Translations under genes and position numbers: made by a program
Notes under the pieces: model-generated
Told to the model about the DNA's origin: nothing
Seen by the model: the letters and a program-made list of their open reading frames with translations, nothing else
The model's database searches: none
NCBI GenBank assembly: GCA_951406725.2
Contig: OX597833.1
Location: 38,936,001-39,000,000, forward strand
Direction: 5' to 3'
Length of the DNA: 64,000 nt
DNA from: Octopus vulgaris
Lineage: Eukaryota
In this document: piece by piece, positions 50,008-64,000 of the stretch
Position numbering within the stretch: position 1 is the stretch's first letter
Layout of the letters: the number at the start of each line of letters is the position of its first letter

Positions 50008-51529
50008 TTAATGATTTTTAATATTTAGTATTTAGTACTCTTAATGTGACAAGATGGCAGAATTGTTAGTACACAAAAATGCTTAGTGACATTTTGTCTG
50101 TCTTCACGTTTTGAGTTCAAATTCTGCTGAGATTGACTTTTCCTTTCAACCTTTTGGAAATGATCAAATAAGTACCAGTCGAACATTGGGGTTTGTGTAA
50201 TCAACTTTCCCTCTACCCTAAAATTACTGGCCTTGTGCCAAAACTTGAAACCAATATTTAGCACTCATGTTATTTAAATATCCTCAAAACCATGCCAAAA
50301 ATGCAAAATAAAATATTTTCTCAGATTACGAGAAAGGGTCCCCCACTGGTGCATACAGCAGTTGTATGAATTTTGTGATTAACCACCAGTGGTATATGTG
50401 GTGATTAACATGTTAAAGTTACTAGGGTATAATTCTGAGTGATGTGACATTGTAGAGTATCTCCTGGACAGTAGTGTCTTGGGTCCTTGGATTCATAGGG
50501 CTAGTTATCCAGTTTCCATGGCATACAAGGGACCAAGATCACAACATACCTCTGAGTAGGATACAAGTCTATTGCAGGGTTAATCTTTTACAGCTGAGTG
50601 AGCTGGAGCAACATGAAATGAAATGCTTTGCTCAAGAACAAAATGCATTGCTTGGTCCAGGAATCGAAACCACAGTCTTGCGATCATGAGTGCAACACCC
50701 TAACCACTAAGCCATGTGCCTTCACAGCAGAATATAAGAAATGTAAATTAAACAGTAAGTGTTCACCCCACCTGGGAGATATTTCAGTGGATGGATAATG
50801 AAGATAAGGTATGTGTCAGATTACTTTCTCTGATCTTGTACAAGTCCTGGCCAGCACCTCAGTCCTTACATGTCAAAAGGTTGTCAAGTTTATTGTATGT
50901 ATATCTTGTGAAAGAGAGAAAAGAATTTATGAGAGAAACCAGAATTTCAAAGAAATGGCAGTTTATGGCTGCAATCTCAACATTGCTAATAAAGGAGGGG
51001 AAAATTAATATAGAGATGAGGATTGAAAGGAATAAAATAAATAAGTGTGTGTGTGTGTATGTGTGTGTGTGTAAATGTGTGTGAAGGGAAGTTATTAGAA
51101 TGCTAATGATTCTGCCAGCTCAGTGCTTTATACTGGCATTAATAATCCTTTCTTATTATAGGCACAAAGCCTGAAATTTAGTGGGGAGGAGGCTAGTTGA
51201 TTACATTGACCCCTGTGCTCAGCTGGTACTTATTTTACCATCTCCAAAAGAATTAAAGGCAAAGTTGACCTCAGCAGAATTTGAGGGGAACCCAGCTGTA
51301 GAAACCATGCCAAAACAGACATAGGGCCTGGACAGCTCTTCAGCAGGCCAGCTCCTGCTAAACTATCCAATTTATTCCAGCGTGGAAAACAGGCATTAAA
51401 TGATGATGATGATGGTGATGATGATGACGATGAGGATGATGATGATGAATGTAAAGAAAATACCACTAAGCATTTTGTCCAGCATGCAAACAATTCTGCC
51501 AGCTCACTGCCTTTATGCAAGCACTAACG

Positions 51530-54460
51530 GTCCTTTCTACTATATGCACAAGGCCTGAAATTTTGGAGGAGGAGGCCAGTTGATTATATTGACCTCAGTG
51601 CGTAACTGGTACTTATTTTATCGCCCCTGAAAGTATGCAAGGCAAAGTCGACCTCAGTGGAATTTGAACTCAAAGCGTAAAGATGGATGAAATGCCACTT
51701 AGCATTTTGCCAGCATGCAAACAGTCCTGCCAGCTCACCACCTTTATGCAGGCATTAATAATAATACAAAAAAGAACATGCAAATAAAAACTCACACTGC
51801 AAAAATCACATGCATAAATACATACCCCACCCCACATGCATATACACACATACATATGCATACACATACAGAATTTGTACATGATTAACTTTACTAATGT
51901 GCTTGCATGTATGAAACCTCATTCATTCATTTCCAGTTATTTGACATCCATCATTTCCAGTATGACTTAAAACAAAGTAACACCTTATTTTTTTGTTATT
52001 CACATTTTCTTTTCTTTCTCTGTGCTTATTTCTTCTTTTAACCTACTGGAGAAGGAGCTGATTCTCTAAACATCAAGGACACTTTCGTGTCTCAATCTGA
52101 CACCCTGAGAAAAGACATATAATAACCAACCCTCTCAGCATTAATCTGGAGATTTAAGGACAAAAACATCACCAACAAATCAAATAGAAGATCCTTTCTA
52201 AGATCAAACATTATATTGATGAACCAAAAAGACGTTCTGTATGCTTGTTTGCAAAACTGTCTCTTTTAAAAGAATATAAAAACCTCAAGAGACTGTGTGT
52301 AAATATTAGGATCAAGTTTTTCTTCACGTCTGCATTTCACAAAAAGATCTTAGTGGTAATTTAAGACACCACTAGACACATCATAGCACATTTCAGTGTT
52401 GGTTAATGAAAATTTTCATATCCATAAGACAGTGTGCAGTCAATGATCTCCTCTTGATATCACTGTTTTTTTCTAAATACACAAGCTTATTCAAACATTG
52501 ATTGCTTGAATGCTTTTACTACGCCATCTTGTAATTACTAGCTTGGTAAATGGCAAAATAAATTAATATATTTTAGCCAGTAAACACTAGATAGCTATTT
52601 CACAAGGCTTTTTGTGGTTTTTATTATAATAATATATATTTGTATAAGGTTTAATTTATCACCACTTAAAAGTGGATGTGTTATTTATCATGAGAATCTC
52701 TCATATGGTTTTGTGGTATATATGAGCATTCTTGGAGATGTACTTGCATAGCAAGTGACCTGATCTGAGATCGTGTGCAGGAATGAAAACAATTGCAGCA
52801 TGGAAGGTGTTTATAAGCCATTTAAGAAACACACAAAAACCATTAGATTCACTTCAGCATTTAAATTTAATTTGCCAAAATATTTTCGTTGCTTTGAGAC
52901 CGCAACCTGTTCACTGACAAAATTCCGTGCTGCATCTAGTTTACACCACTAATGGCAGACAATCACTGCCATCTCCACTACCAGGAATACCTCATTATTT
53001 GATTTCAGTCTTCTTCAGCTTTGTCAATGGTAGATATAGGACTGCTGGAAATAGCAGTAACTGCCCCACTTGCAATATGCATAGAATCACAGAGCCCAGT
53101 CAGTCACTGGTGTCATTAAAAGTCAGTGAGCTTATTAAAAAAATGATTAAAGTGGTCAGAACAGTATCAATACCAAAAGGTAAAATTTATCTCTCACTTA
53201 AATGGGGTTGTTGTGTTAGAATACAGAATACTGCGTTATTTATTTTGAGAGAATCTCTCATATGGTTTTGTGGTGCATCTAAGCACTCTTCTCTACACTG
53301 GTAGTGGGACACAATCAAACCAGGACTACCAGATCATGTGATTTCGACCCTTTTCACCTTGCCAATGGTAGATACCTGACTGCTGGAAATAGCAGTAACT
53401 GAGATTTTCCAATCTTCCATGAAAGCATGTCTGGTCATGGAGAATGTTACCTTACTTGGAAACAAGAGTGGGTTGGCAACAAGAAGAGCATTGGCTGTCG
53501 GAAATCAGTTTTAGCAAATTCCATCCGCTCCTTGCAAGCTTGGAAAAATGGATGTTAAATGGTGAAAATGATGATAGCAATATACATGTATGTGAATGTG
53601 TATGTATATGCAGCTATTAATAATGCTTTCTGACTTTGGCCCAAGACCAGCAATTTTGTGGGGAGGGTATAAATTGCTTTTTTACATCAATTTCAGTGTT
53701 CAACTGGTACTTTTTTTAATAGTTTCTGAAAAGAGAAAAGCGAAGTTGTTCTTAGCAGGATTTGAGCTCAGAACATAAAGAGCCAGAAGAAATGGCACTG
53801 AAGATTTTGTTGACCGCACTAACATTTCTGCAAGCTCACCACTTTATGCAGGAATTGATAATAATACTAAGAACATACAAATAAAATCTCACAGTGCAAA
53901 AAACAAAAACATATGAATACATACCACATCCCCCCCCCCGCCACATATGAATAAATATCCCCACCCTTAACACACAAATACACGACCCTATTTCTTTATT
54001 ACCTACAAGGGGCTAAACATAGGTATTAAGTCGATTATATCGACCCCAGTGCGTAACTGGTACTTAATTTATCGACCCCGAAAGGATGAAAGGCAAAGTC
54101 GACCTCGGTGGAATTTGAACTCACAACGTAAGAGCAGACGAAATACCGCTAAGCATTTCGCCTGGCGTGCTAACGTTTCTGCCAGCTCGCTACCTTCTAT
54201 ACACGACCCTATCCCTTCAACACACACACACATGCAAGGTTTATACATTTACCTTCACTGTTGCTTTTGCATGTATGAAACTTCATTCCTTCTGGGTCAT
54301 TTCCAATCATTCAACTTTTATCACTTTCAGAGCAACACATAATTCTTTTGTAACTCGCACTTCCATTCCTTTCACTACACTTATTATTCCTTCTTCTAAC
54401 TATCTAAACTTATTGATGAAGGAGTTTAATCTCTGAACATCAAGGACACTTCCTCATCAC
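51530..54460. repeat. Old local duplications
   Basis: 51530-52100 resembles 53620-54460 (TTTATGCAGG.., TTGCATGTATGAAAC.TCATTC, AACATCAAGGACACTT); 52650-53065 resembles 53195-53400. Confidence 0.7.
52871..52921 (-). ncRNA. Minimal type I hammerhead-like motif with G3-C8 compensatory core
   Basis: TTTGTCA GTGAACA G GTTGC ggtctcaaa GCAAC GAAA ATAT TT TGGCAAA. Confidence 0.7.
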
Positions 54461-54559
54461 AATCTTTCATTGAATGTTAAACTAATAATTACGCTTTACA
54501 TTCATTTCATCTTCTCTGTGTAGCCATTTTCATGTTAATATTAAACCCACCACACTCAC

Positions 54560-54654
54560 ACATATACACACATGTATATATATATGTTTATGTGCATATG
54601 TGTACACACACACACACACATACATACAGTGCGCAGTTAATGATATATATACAC

Positions 54655-54703
<49 letters not shown>

Positions 54704-54819
54704 CACACATAAATATATATATTATATATATAACACATAAATATATATATGTATATATATATATACACATAAATATATATATATATATACATACATACAT
54801 ATATATATATATATACATA

Positions 54820-54901
<82 letters not shown>

Positions 54902-54922
54902 TATATACATATATATATATAC

Positions 54923-54953
<31 letters not shown>

Positions 54954-54954
54954 C

Positions 54955-54991
<37 letters not shown>

Positions 54992-55021
54992 ATATTTCGG
55001 AATGGTCACAAATATTTAAAC

Positions 55022-55072
<51 letters not shown>

Positions 55073-55125
55073 CATGCATACATACAGACATACATATACA
55101 CATGCATACGTACATACATACATGT
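54560..55125. repeat. Long compound (TA)n microsatellite
   Basis: Direct reading. Confidence 0.95.
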
Positions 55126-55727
55126 GAATTCATTCAGTAAGCAGAATAGGAAATTATGCAAGACTTTTCTAAAATACAAAACATGACTCTTTGCTGTGGT
55201 TATCTAAATATCAATGGTGGTACTTTGTTTCTAAGTTACAAACCAATCTCTTCTTTAAAGGAAGATTTCAAAGAATTTAAAATGAAAGAGACATGTAATT
55301 ATGTAACTATTTATATATACATACAATAAACATATACATGTTCTCATACAACAGTATAAGAATACATCAGAACTTAGAATCAAAAGACAAGATAAATTAC
55401 TGTACATAATGGTTATTATATGTTATAAAATAAAGAACATTTATAAATAATTTAGATTTCTCTTTGAAAATGTTTCCATTTAAAATCACATATTTATAGT
55501 GTTCCGTCTTGATATAGTAACTATTACCATAAGCTGAACTGACATCATAGCATTGTATGAACATGCTTTGTTTCACCATATGAGTATGCCTGTCAGGTGA
55601 ATTGTACCTGGGAGTTGGATGTGTTGGCTTGTATCAGTCACACGGATTCTGCCTGGAGATTATATCAAACGGTGCAAGTGCCCGTAGAATGCTCAGTTAT
55701 TTGCATGGAAATAACTTCTAATGTAGA

Positions 55728-56272
55728 CTCTTCTTCTTCTTCTTCTTCTTCTTCTTCCTCCTCCTCCTCCGCCACCTCCCCTCCCTTCCCCCTCCTTTTT
55801 CTTCCTTCTCCACCTCTTCCACATCCTTTTCCACCTCTTCTTCCACCTCCTCCACCTCCTCCACTTGCTTCCACCTCCTTCTCCACCTCTTCACCTGCTT
55901 CCACCTCCTTCTCTTCCTCCTCCTCTTCTTCCACCTCCTCTTCCACCTCCACTTCCTCTTCCCCTCCTCATCTCCTCCTCCCCGCCTCCCCACTCCTCCT
56001 CCTCCCGCTCCTCTTCTCTTCCTCCTCCTCCTCTCCTCCCGTTCTCCTCATCTCCCACCTCTTCCTCCACCACCACCTTGTCTTTCTTCTCTTCCACTTC
56101 CTCCTCCTCTACTTCATCTTTCTCCTCCTCCCCTTCTGCCTCCACATCCCCCTCCGCCACATCCTCCCCTCCACATCCTCCTCCTCCACATCCTCCCCTC
56201 CATTTCTTCCTCCTCCACTTTCTCCTCCTCGTCCTCCTCAGCGCCACCTCCTCCACCTCCTTTCCCCTCCTC
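55728..56272. repeat. ~540-bp polypyrimidine/polypurine (CCT/CTT) tract
   Basis: Direct reading. Confidence 0.95.
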
Positions 56273-56932
56273 AGAATTAATCTTATGTAATACATTCACA
56301 TGTCTGCCCTGACTGAGCAGATCAGATCTATGATGGAAGATATCCTATCACTATCCTGTCTATTTTTCTTCTCCCAGTTTAATATCTAAAACTACACACA
56401 GATGTAGACATAACTATGTGGTTAAGATGCTCACTTCGCTTCTACATGGTTTTGGGTTCATTCCTGCTTTGTGGCAACTTGGGCAGGTGTCTTCTGTTAT
56501 AACCCCATATTGACCAATACCTTGTGAAAGAATTTGGGAGACAGAAACTGTGTGGAAGCCTGTTACATATACATACATACGTACATACATACATATATGT
56601 GTGTGTATATGTATGTACATATATATAGTAATATAAATAATATATAAATATATGCATATATACATACATATATGTACATACCTATATATATATGTCTATA
56701 TATATGCATGCATATATGGGTACAGGACATCAAAAAAATATTGAACACAATGAGAAAAAAAAACATAAAAACAAAAACATAGAAATGAACTTTTTTCGAA
56801 CAACGGAAAAAACAAACAGAGAAACGAGACATGCAACATAAAGAATATTCCCCTTCTTCAGTTGTCCCTGTTTCATCTACTCCATGTGTATATACATACA
56901 TATATATATGTGTGTGTATATATGTATATTTG

Positions 56933-56981
<49 letters not shown>

Positions 56982-57245
56982 TCATCATCATCATCATCAT
57001 CATCATTTAACGTCCGCTTTCCATGCTAGCATGGGTTGGACGGTTCAACTGGGGTCTGGGGAGCCCATATATATATATGTATGTGTGTGTATATGTTTGC
57101 ATGTACACACATGCAAACATATATGTGTGTTTGTTTTTGTGTTTGCCCCTCCACCATCACCATTTGACAACTGGTGTTGGTTTGCTTACATTAGCAGTTT
57201 GGCAGAAGAGATTGATAGAATAAACACCAGACATAAAACTAAGTA

Positions 57246-57479
57246 CACTAATCTCTCAACTATCGCAGGTGTTATGTTCCAAAGCACGCCATGGTAGGTG
57301 AAAATCTGTGAAGTTGAAACAGTACTGTACTATATATGTTTTTTTTAATTATTTTTATGATTTGTCTATATTTATTTCATTATGAATGCAAAACAAAACC
57401 ACTGAGAAATTGACCTAAGCTTAAATAATAAACCACGATAGGTGAACCGTGATAGGTAAACCTCGGCGAGAGATTACTG
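57246..57479. mobile_element. Tigger/pogo-like MITE inside a SINE
   Basis: TA|CACTAATCTCTC ... GAGAGATTACTG|TA. Confidence 0.7.
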
Positions 57480-58119
57480 TATTGGAATTAATCTGTTTGA
57501 CTAAAACCCTTCAAGATGGCGTCCTAGTATGGATTGAAAGAAGTAAAAGATGAGAGAAGATGAAACTGTATCCAATATGTTCTTCCTTGTTTAAGATAGT
57601 AAGGTGTGACATAAGAGTAATGTGGCTACCATTTCTAGCAGGTTGAGCATTTACATGTGTATGTATAAATGTGTGTGTGTGTGTGTGTGTGCGTGTGTGT
57701 GTGTGTGTGTGTGTGCGTGTGCATGTGTGTGTATGTGAGTATATGTGTGTTGGATTAACCATTAAGCAAAACAAGAATGTGCTTTGGGCATCAAAGGAAG
57801 GAGGTCACATCAGAAATGGTGAATGGTTTATGGCACAAATGAAATCACATTAAACTTGCTAAAATAATATTTGAAACAGTTTATGTGATCAGAAATATCT
57901 TTTCAAACTGTACATGGTGTCATAATGAAGATCTGATCAAACTCTTTGGAATTCAAAAAACGTAACAAGGGTGTTACATCAGAAATGGTAAAAGGCTTAT
58001 GGCACAAAAGAAATCACTTTAAACTTGCTAAAGTAATATTCAGGATGCCTTTTCTCTACTAACTACAGAAGCAGAAGTGTTTGCATAAGATTAATTTTGA
58101 GGATCTGTTTAAAGACTTT

Positions 58120-58295
58120 AGGCGTAGGAGTGGCTGTGTGGTGAGTAGCTTGCTTACGAACCACATGGTTCTGGGTTCAGTCCCACTGCATGGCACTTTG
58201 GGCAAGTGTCTTCTACTATAGCCTCGGGCCGACCAAAGCTTTGTGAGTGGATTTGGTAGACAGAAACTGAAAGAAGCCCATCGTATATATGTATG

Positions 58296-58341
<46 letters not shown>

Positions 58342-58550
58342 TGTGTCTGTGTTTGTCCCCCCCAACATCGCTTGACAACCGATGCTGGTGTGCTTACGTC
58401 CCCATAACTTAGCGGTTCGGCAAAAGTGACCAATAGAATAAGTACTAGGCTTACAAAGAATAAGTCCTGGGGTCGATGTGCTCGACTAAAGGCAGTACTC
58501 CAGCATGGCCACAGTCAAATGATTGAAACAAGTAAAAGAGTAACAGAGTA
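58120..58550 (+). mobile_element. Full-length family B SINE (representative of ~10 copies)
   Basis: A box TGGCTGTGTGG, B box GGTTCAGTCCC, CORE-like CACTTTGGGCAAGTGTCTT, internal (TA)(TG) tract, GAAACAAGTAAAAGAGT tail. Confidence 0.85.
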
Positions 58551-59016
58551 AGTGAAAAATGTTGGAGAAAACTTTTCAAATATATAAATAAAGTGAAAGT
58601 ATACAAAAAACCCCATTTTTTTCTATCTTGATGCTAGTTTTGCTTCATTTTAAAGCATTAAAATTTATTTTATGGCTTATTATTGTTTATATTTTGAATT
58701 ACATATCTGTGGGGGCACCGAAATGTTTTAAGTGCTTAGGGCCTCTATAGGTCTTAATCTGGCCCTGGTAAGTAAGTTAGATGTCGTGTTCCATCGACCC
58801 TGTCCCGCAACCATTATTATTACCAGTCATTTGACAGTGGCCATGCTGGGGCACTACCTGGAAGGGTTTTCTTGAACAAATTGATCCCAGTACTGATTTT
58901 TTTAAAGCCTGGTATTTATTCTTTCCATCTCTTTGCATGAAACCACTAAGTTATGGAGATGTAAACAAACCAACACTGGTTATCAAGTGGTGATAGAGGA
59001 CAAATACAAGCACAAA

Positions 59017-59079
<63 letters not shown>

Positions 59080-59401
59080 CAGGCTTCTTTCAGTTTCTGT
59101 CCACAAAATCCACTCACAAGTCTTTGGTTGGCCTGGAGCTATAGTTCAAAACATTTACCTGAGATGCCACACAGTGGGACTGAACCCAGAACCATGTAGT
59201 TCTCAGACATTTTATTATCCCAAACCTTAACATAAGAACTCTTCACTAGTTACTCATTTCTCTGTCCAGTCATGTCCAGTTCTGTCTGCACTTGGCTCTT
59301 ATTACTCAGTGAAATTTCATTCTGAAATAAATGACAAAACATTTTGATAATAATCAGCAATTACTTGGACTGTTTTTTCCAGTTGAACTAATGGGAGAGA
59401 T

Positions 59402-59405
<4 letters not shown>

Positions 59406-59495
<90 letters not shown>

Positions 59496-60270
59496 AAGAG
59501 AGAGAGAGAGAGAGAGGTGGTGGTGGTTAAAGGTTTTTTGCATAAGTGCAAACAGACATACGCATACTCATGCACAAACATATACACACATGTAACAAAC
59601 ATATGGATACACATATCCATAAACACATATGCACATGTGCACATATACCACCCTCACCCACACATGCACATAAATGCACAGACACAGACGTAAACATAAA
59701 CACTCACATATATATACACATACACAGTCACACACAGACACACACATACATACATATATAATACATACATACATATGCACACATACATACACATACATAC
59801 ATACATATATAATACATACGCACATATACACACATAAACACACATACATACATATATAATACATACGCACATATGCACACATATATACACATACATACAC
59901 ATATAATACATACATACATATGCACACATATATAATACATACATACATACATATATAATACATACGCACATATACACACATATATACACACACACATACA
60001 TACATATATAATACACACGCACATATACACACATAAACACACATGCATACATATATAATACATACGCACATATGCACACATATATACACATACATACACA
60101 TATAATACATACACACATATGCACACACATATACACATACATACATATATAATACATACGCACATATACACACATATATACACATACATACATATATAAT
60201 ACATACGCACATATACACACATATATACACATACACATACATATATGAAGTACATATATGCACATACCAG
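59406..60270. repeat. (GA)n followed by a CA/TA-derived minisatellite
   Basis: Recurring CATATATAATACATACGCACATAT units. Confidence 0.9.
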
Positions 60271-60766
60271 TTATGTATCATAGATTATGATGTTTTGACC
60301 ATAATTGGTTATATGAGCTGTGGAATGGACAAGTAGTGATTATTTGCATGAGGGATACTGTAAATGTGTATGTGTATGAGAAAGAGGAAGAAAGAGAAAA
60401 AGAGAGAGAGGAGAGCAAGAGAGACACTCAGAGACTCTCTGTGTGTGTGTGTGTGTGTGTGAAAGGAATGGAAAAAATATAATTTGTGCTTTTGAAAGAA
60501 GAAGAAACTCTGTGTGTGTATGTGTGAGAGAGAGAAAGAGAGAAAAAGGGAGTGAGGGGAAAGAGGGAGATAGGGGGTTTTGTGAATAAGTATTGCAAAC
60601 ATGTAGGCCCAAGCATGGATGTGTGGTAAGAAGTTTGCTTCCCAACCACATGGTTGTGGGTTCAGTCACACTGCATTGCACCTTGGGCAAGTGTTTTCTC
60701 CTATAGCCTCAGGCTGACCAAAGACTTGTGAATGGATTTGGTTGGCCGAAACTGAAAGAAGCCCAT

Positions 60767-60839
<73 letters not shown>

Positions 60840-62299
60840 CTGTGTGTTCATGTTTGTTCCCACCATTGCTTGACAACAGATGTTGGTGTGTTTATGTTTC
60901 TATAATGCTGCAGTTCAGCAAAAGGGTCCAATAAAATAAATACTAGGCATTAAAAAAACAAAACAAATAGCACTGGGGTCAATTTGTTTGACTAAAATTC
61001 TTCAAGGCACTACCCCAGCATGACCAGAGTCTAATGATTGAAACAAGTAAAATATATAAGATAGATAGAGAATGAGAAAGAAGACAGAAAGAGAGAAAAA
61101 GAGAGAGAGAGAGAGAGAAAGAGAGAAAGAATGTGTGTGTATGTGAGAAAGGGATAGTGAATGTATATGTGAGAGAGAAAGAGAGAAAGAGTGAGAGATT
61201 CTGATAAACTTACCCTACAATGTATGGTCTTGTATCTGTCTTTAAAAAAATCATTATTATTAATTTCTAATTATTTAAAGGTGGTGAGCTGGTAGAATCT
61301 TTGGTATGCCAGATAAAATGCTTAGTGGCATTTTGTTTGTCTTTATGTTCTGAGTTCAAATTCTGCTGAGGTCAACTTTGCTTTTCATCCTTTCGGAGTT
61401 GAGAACATATGTACCAGTTGAGTACTGGGGGTCGATGTAGTCAACTATCTCCCTCCCCCACAAAATTTCAGGCCTTGTGCCTAAAATAGAAAAAAACTAA
61501 TTTCTAATTATCTAGGCATAACCAATTTGAGCATAATCAATTTAGGAAGAATCACTAATATTTACCTCAGTACATAACTGGTACTTACTTCATCCACCTC
61601 TAGAAGTATGTATGGGAAAGAAAATAGATTAAAAAGAAACATTAAAAAAACAAGAAAAAAAATCAATTACAATAGGATTTGAACTCAGACCATAAAAGTA
61701 TGTAACTAAATATGGCAAATCCAAGCCATTTCGTCTGTTACCACCACCCTTTGCCATTCTGACCACTCTCAACCATTTCTAAATAAGTAAGTAATATTAT
61801 TATTAAGTCACCAGAAAGTTGCAGTTTCCATCTTTTGACTGCTCAGCTATGTCAGTTACATACCAGTGCACACATCGTTAAGGTTTTCCATCATTTAGAA
61901 CCTTTCATCTTTCACCACACAGTGTAATACAGACTAACACACAAGCAAAACCATTTCGTAGCAAGCAGCCAAGCTTTCTGTGCTTAGTTTTGTACCAAAT
62001 ATATTCTATTTATATGTTTAATATTAATTTACGGCACACTGACCACATACAACATGGGGAAAACTTTGATTCTAGAATATAACCGAAACTAAATTTAGAA
62101 AATTCCCTGTGAGATAACTTTGTCGCCTCTCTCAACAATAACAGCAATAACAATGACAACAACCACAACAACGACAATAATAACAACAACATGCTCAATA
62201 TCACACATGTATGTATGAAATACACATTGTCCATGTATCTACCTCAAACATCAATACAAGCAGAAACAAATGCATTCACACATAATATAGACACAAACA

Positions 62300-63165
62300 T
62301 ACTCACATGCACACACAAACATACAAACACACACAAACACACACCACACAAATATATATATTATGAATACACACAGACACACCACTCACTTTAACACACA
62401 AAAACACACCACTCACTTTAACACTCACAAACACACACACCATGCACTTAAACATGAACACACACAGACACACACACACAAAACACACTTAAACACAGAC
62501 ACATAAACACACAAACACACATAGGCACACAAACATGCAGACATACATACATACATACATACATACATACATACATACACAAACACACAGACACATACAC
62601 ACAAACATAGAAACATGTACACATGCATACACACACACAACACACTTAGGCAAACATACACTCACACCCATACACCCACACACCGCACACTTAAACACAC
62701 ACACACAGAAGCACACAAACATGCAGACATACACATACACACACAAACACACAGACACATACAAACATAGAAACATGTACACATGCATACACACACACAC
62801 TTAAACACACATACACTCACACCCACACACCGCACACTTAAACACACACACAGACACACATACACACAAACATAGAAACATGTACACATGCATACACACA
62901 CACACCACACACTTAAACATATATAAACTCACACAAACATCCACACACTGCACATGTAAACACACACACACATAGGCACACAAACATGCAGACATACACA
63001 TACACACACAAACACACACACACACACACACAAACATACACACACACACCACACCACATTTAAACACGCATACACACCCGCACACACCACACACTTAAAC
63101 ACACACACACAAAAACACACACTGCACACCTAAACACACACACACACACACGCGCACTCACACAT
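62300..63165. repeat. CA-derived minisatellite
   Basis: Recurring CACACTTAAACAC and CAAACATAGAAACATGTACACATGCATAC units. Confidence 0.9.
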
Positions 63166-64000
63166 GTCCATTTTTATACAAATTATTTTTGGAAGCCGTT
63201 TGTGTAAGGAACTAGTCATTAATGGTGTCAGGTTTTGGTGCTAAGCTATTCCTGTCTTGTTTGTATGTTTGTTCTTTCAGTGATTACTTTTCCAATCTCA
63301 TTGGAAATTGATTGATCATTGTATATTGGGTAGGATCTACCCCACCTCTGCCATACACATTCAAGTTGAAATTATAACCCCCCTCTCTCTCTATCTCCCT
63401 TTATGTGTGTCTCTCTCTGTTTTTCTTTCTTTCTCCTTTTCTTCTTTGCTGTGTATTTTTATTCAGTAGAAAATTAAATGTTTTTAACGACATGAAAGAA
63501 ATTAACAGATGATTATAACAATGCATAACATGGGAATCCGAGCACCTTATTTTTTATTGCCCACAAAGGGCTAAACACAGAGGGGACAAACAAGGACAGA
63601 CAAACGGATTAAGTCGATTACATTGGCTCCTGTGCATAACTGGTACTTAATTTATCGACCCTGAAAGGATGAAAGGCAAAGTCGACCTCGGTGGAATTTG
63701 AACTCAGAGCACCTTGCCAATCTACGGTGCTGCTGCTACTACTATAAATACTACCAACACCAACACTACCACTGCCGCCACCACCACCACAACAACCACC
63801 GCCACCACCACCACCACCGCCACCACCACCACCACCATCACTTTAGAAATGTATTAGTTTGAATCTTTTAAATACAATTTAGCTCTTTACTTTTCATAAT
63901 TTATTTCATATCTTAAGTATATATATTTAGGAAGTCTCCATAAAATGGCATAATTCAGAAACCTACCTGGTATACTTCTGAATCCAAGCTTGCCAGATAA

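Noticed and set aside
55597-56299. Pro/Ser- or Glu-rich ORFs
   Set aside because: Polypyrimidine tract open in all frames.
56720-56885. CTGAAGA on the minus strand inside a short repeat insertion in (TA)n
   Set aside because: No GAAA follows the stem; at most a truncated remnant.
58710-58767. hAT-like TIR as the far end of the 37903 element
   Set aside because: Flank GTAAGTAA does not match GTCTGAGT; treated as a solitary end of another element.
59568-63129. Many YICV/HT-rich ORFs (also at 23848, 35217, 36188, 54532)
   Set aside because: Dinucleotide microsatellite translations.

Overview
AT-rich, microsatellite-dense eukaryotic DNA with no long intact host ORF. The SINE families, long (TA)/(CA)/(GA) tracts and TE mix fit a coleoid cephalopod, most likely Octopus (inference from repeat content). 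The window is mostly nested mobile-element debris: two tRNA-derived SINE families, mariner/Tc1/maT remnants, a ~7.3 kb decayed hAT element with four nested insertions including a 5'-truncated CR1-like RT, three restriction-like-endonuclease retrotransposon relics (CRE-, HERO- and R4/Dong-like), and several MITEs. Almost all ORFs in the supplied track are microsatellite or SINE artefacts. The most interesting signal is a set of small palindrome-plus-tail insertions, mostly in simple repeats, several carrying minimal type I hammerhead ribozyme motifs, the hallmark of Penelope-like element termini. One motif is complete (22219-22264). A separate small insertion carries one with a compensatory G3-C8 core swap (52871-52921). 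One palindromic copy has arms ending at the predicted self-cleavage site (40093-40251). A candidate two-exon small secreted-peptide ORF (minus strand, 19478-18005) and a few isolated exon- or promoter-like segments are weaker host-gene candidates. All calls were made by eye, without alignment or folding software.
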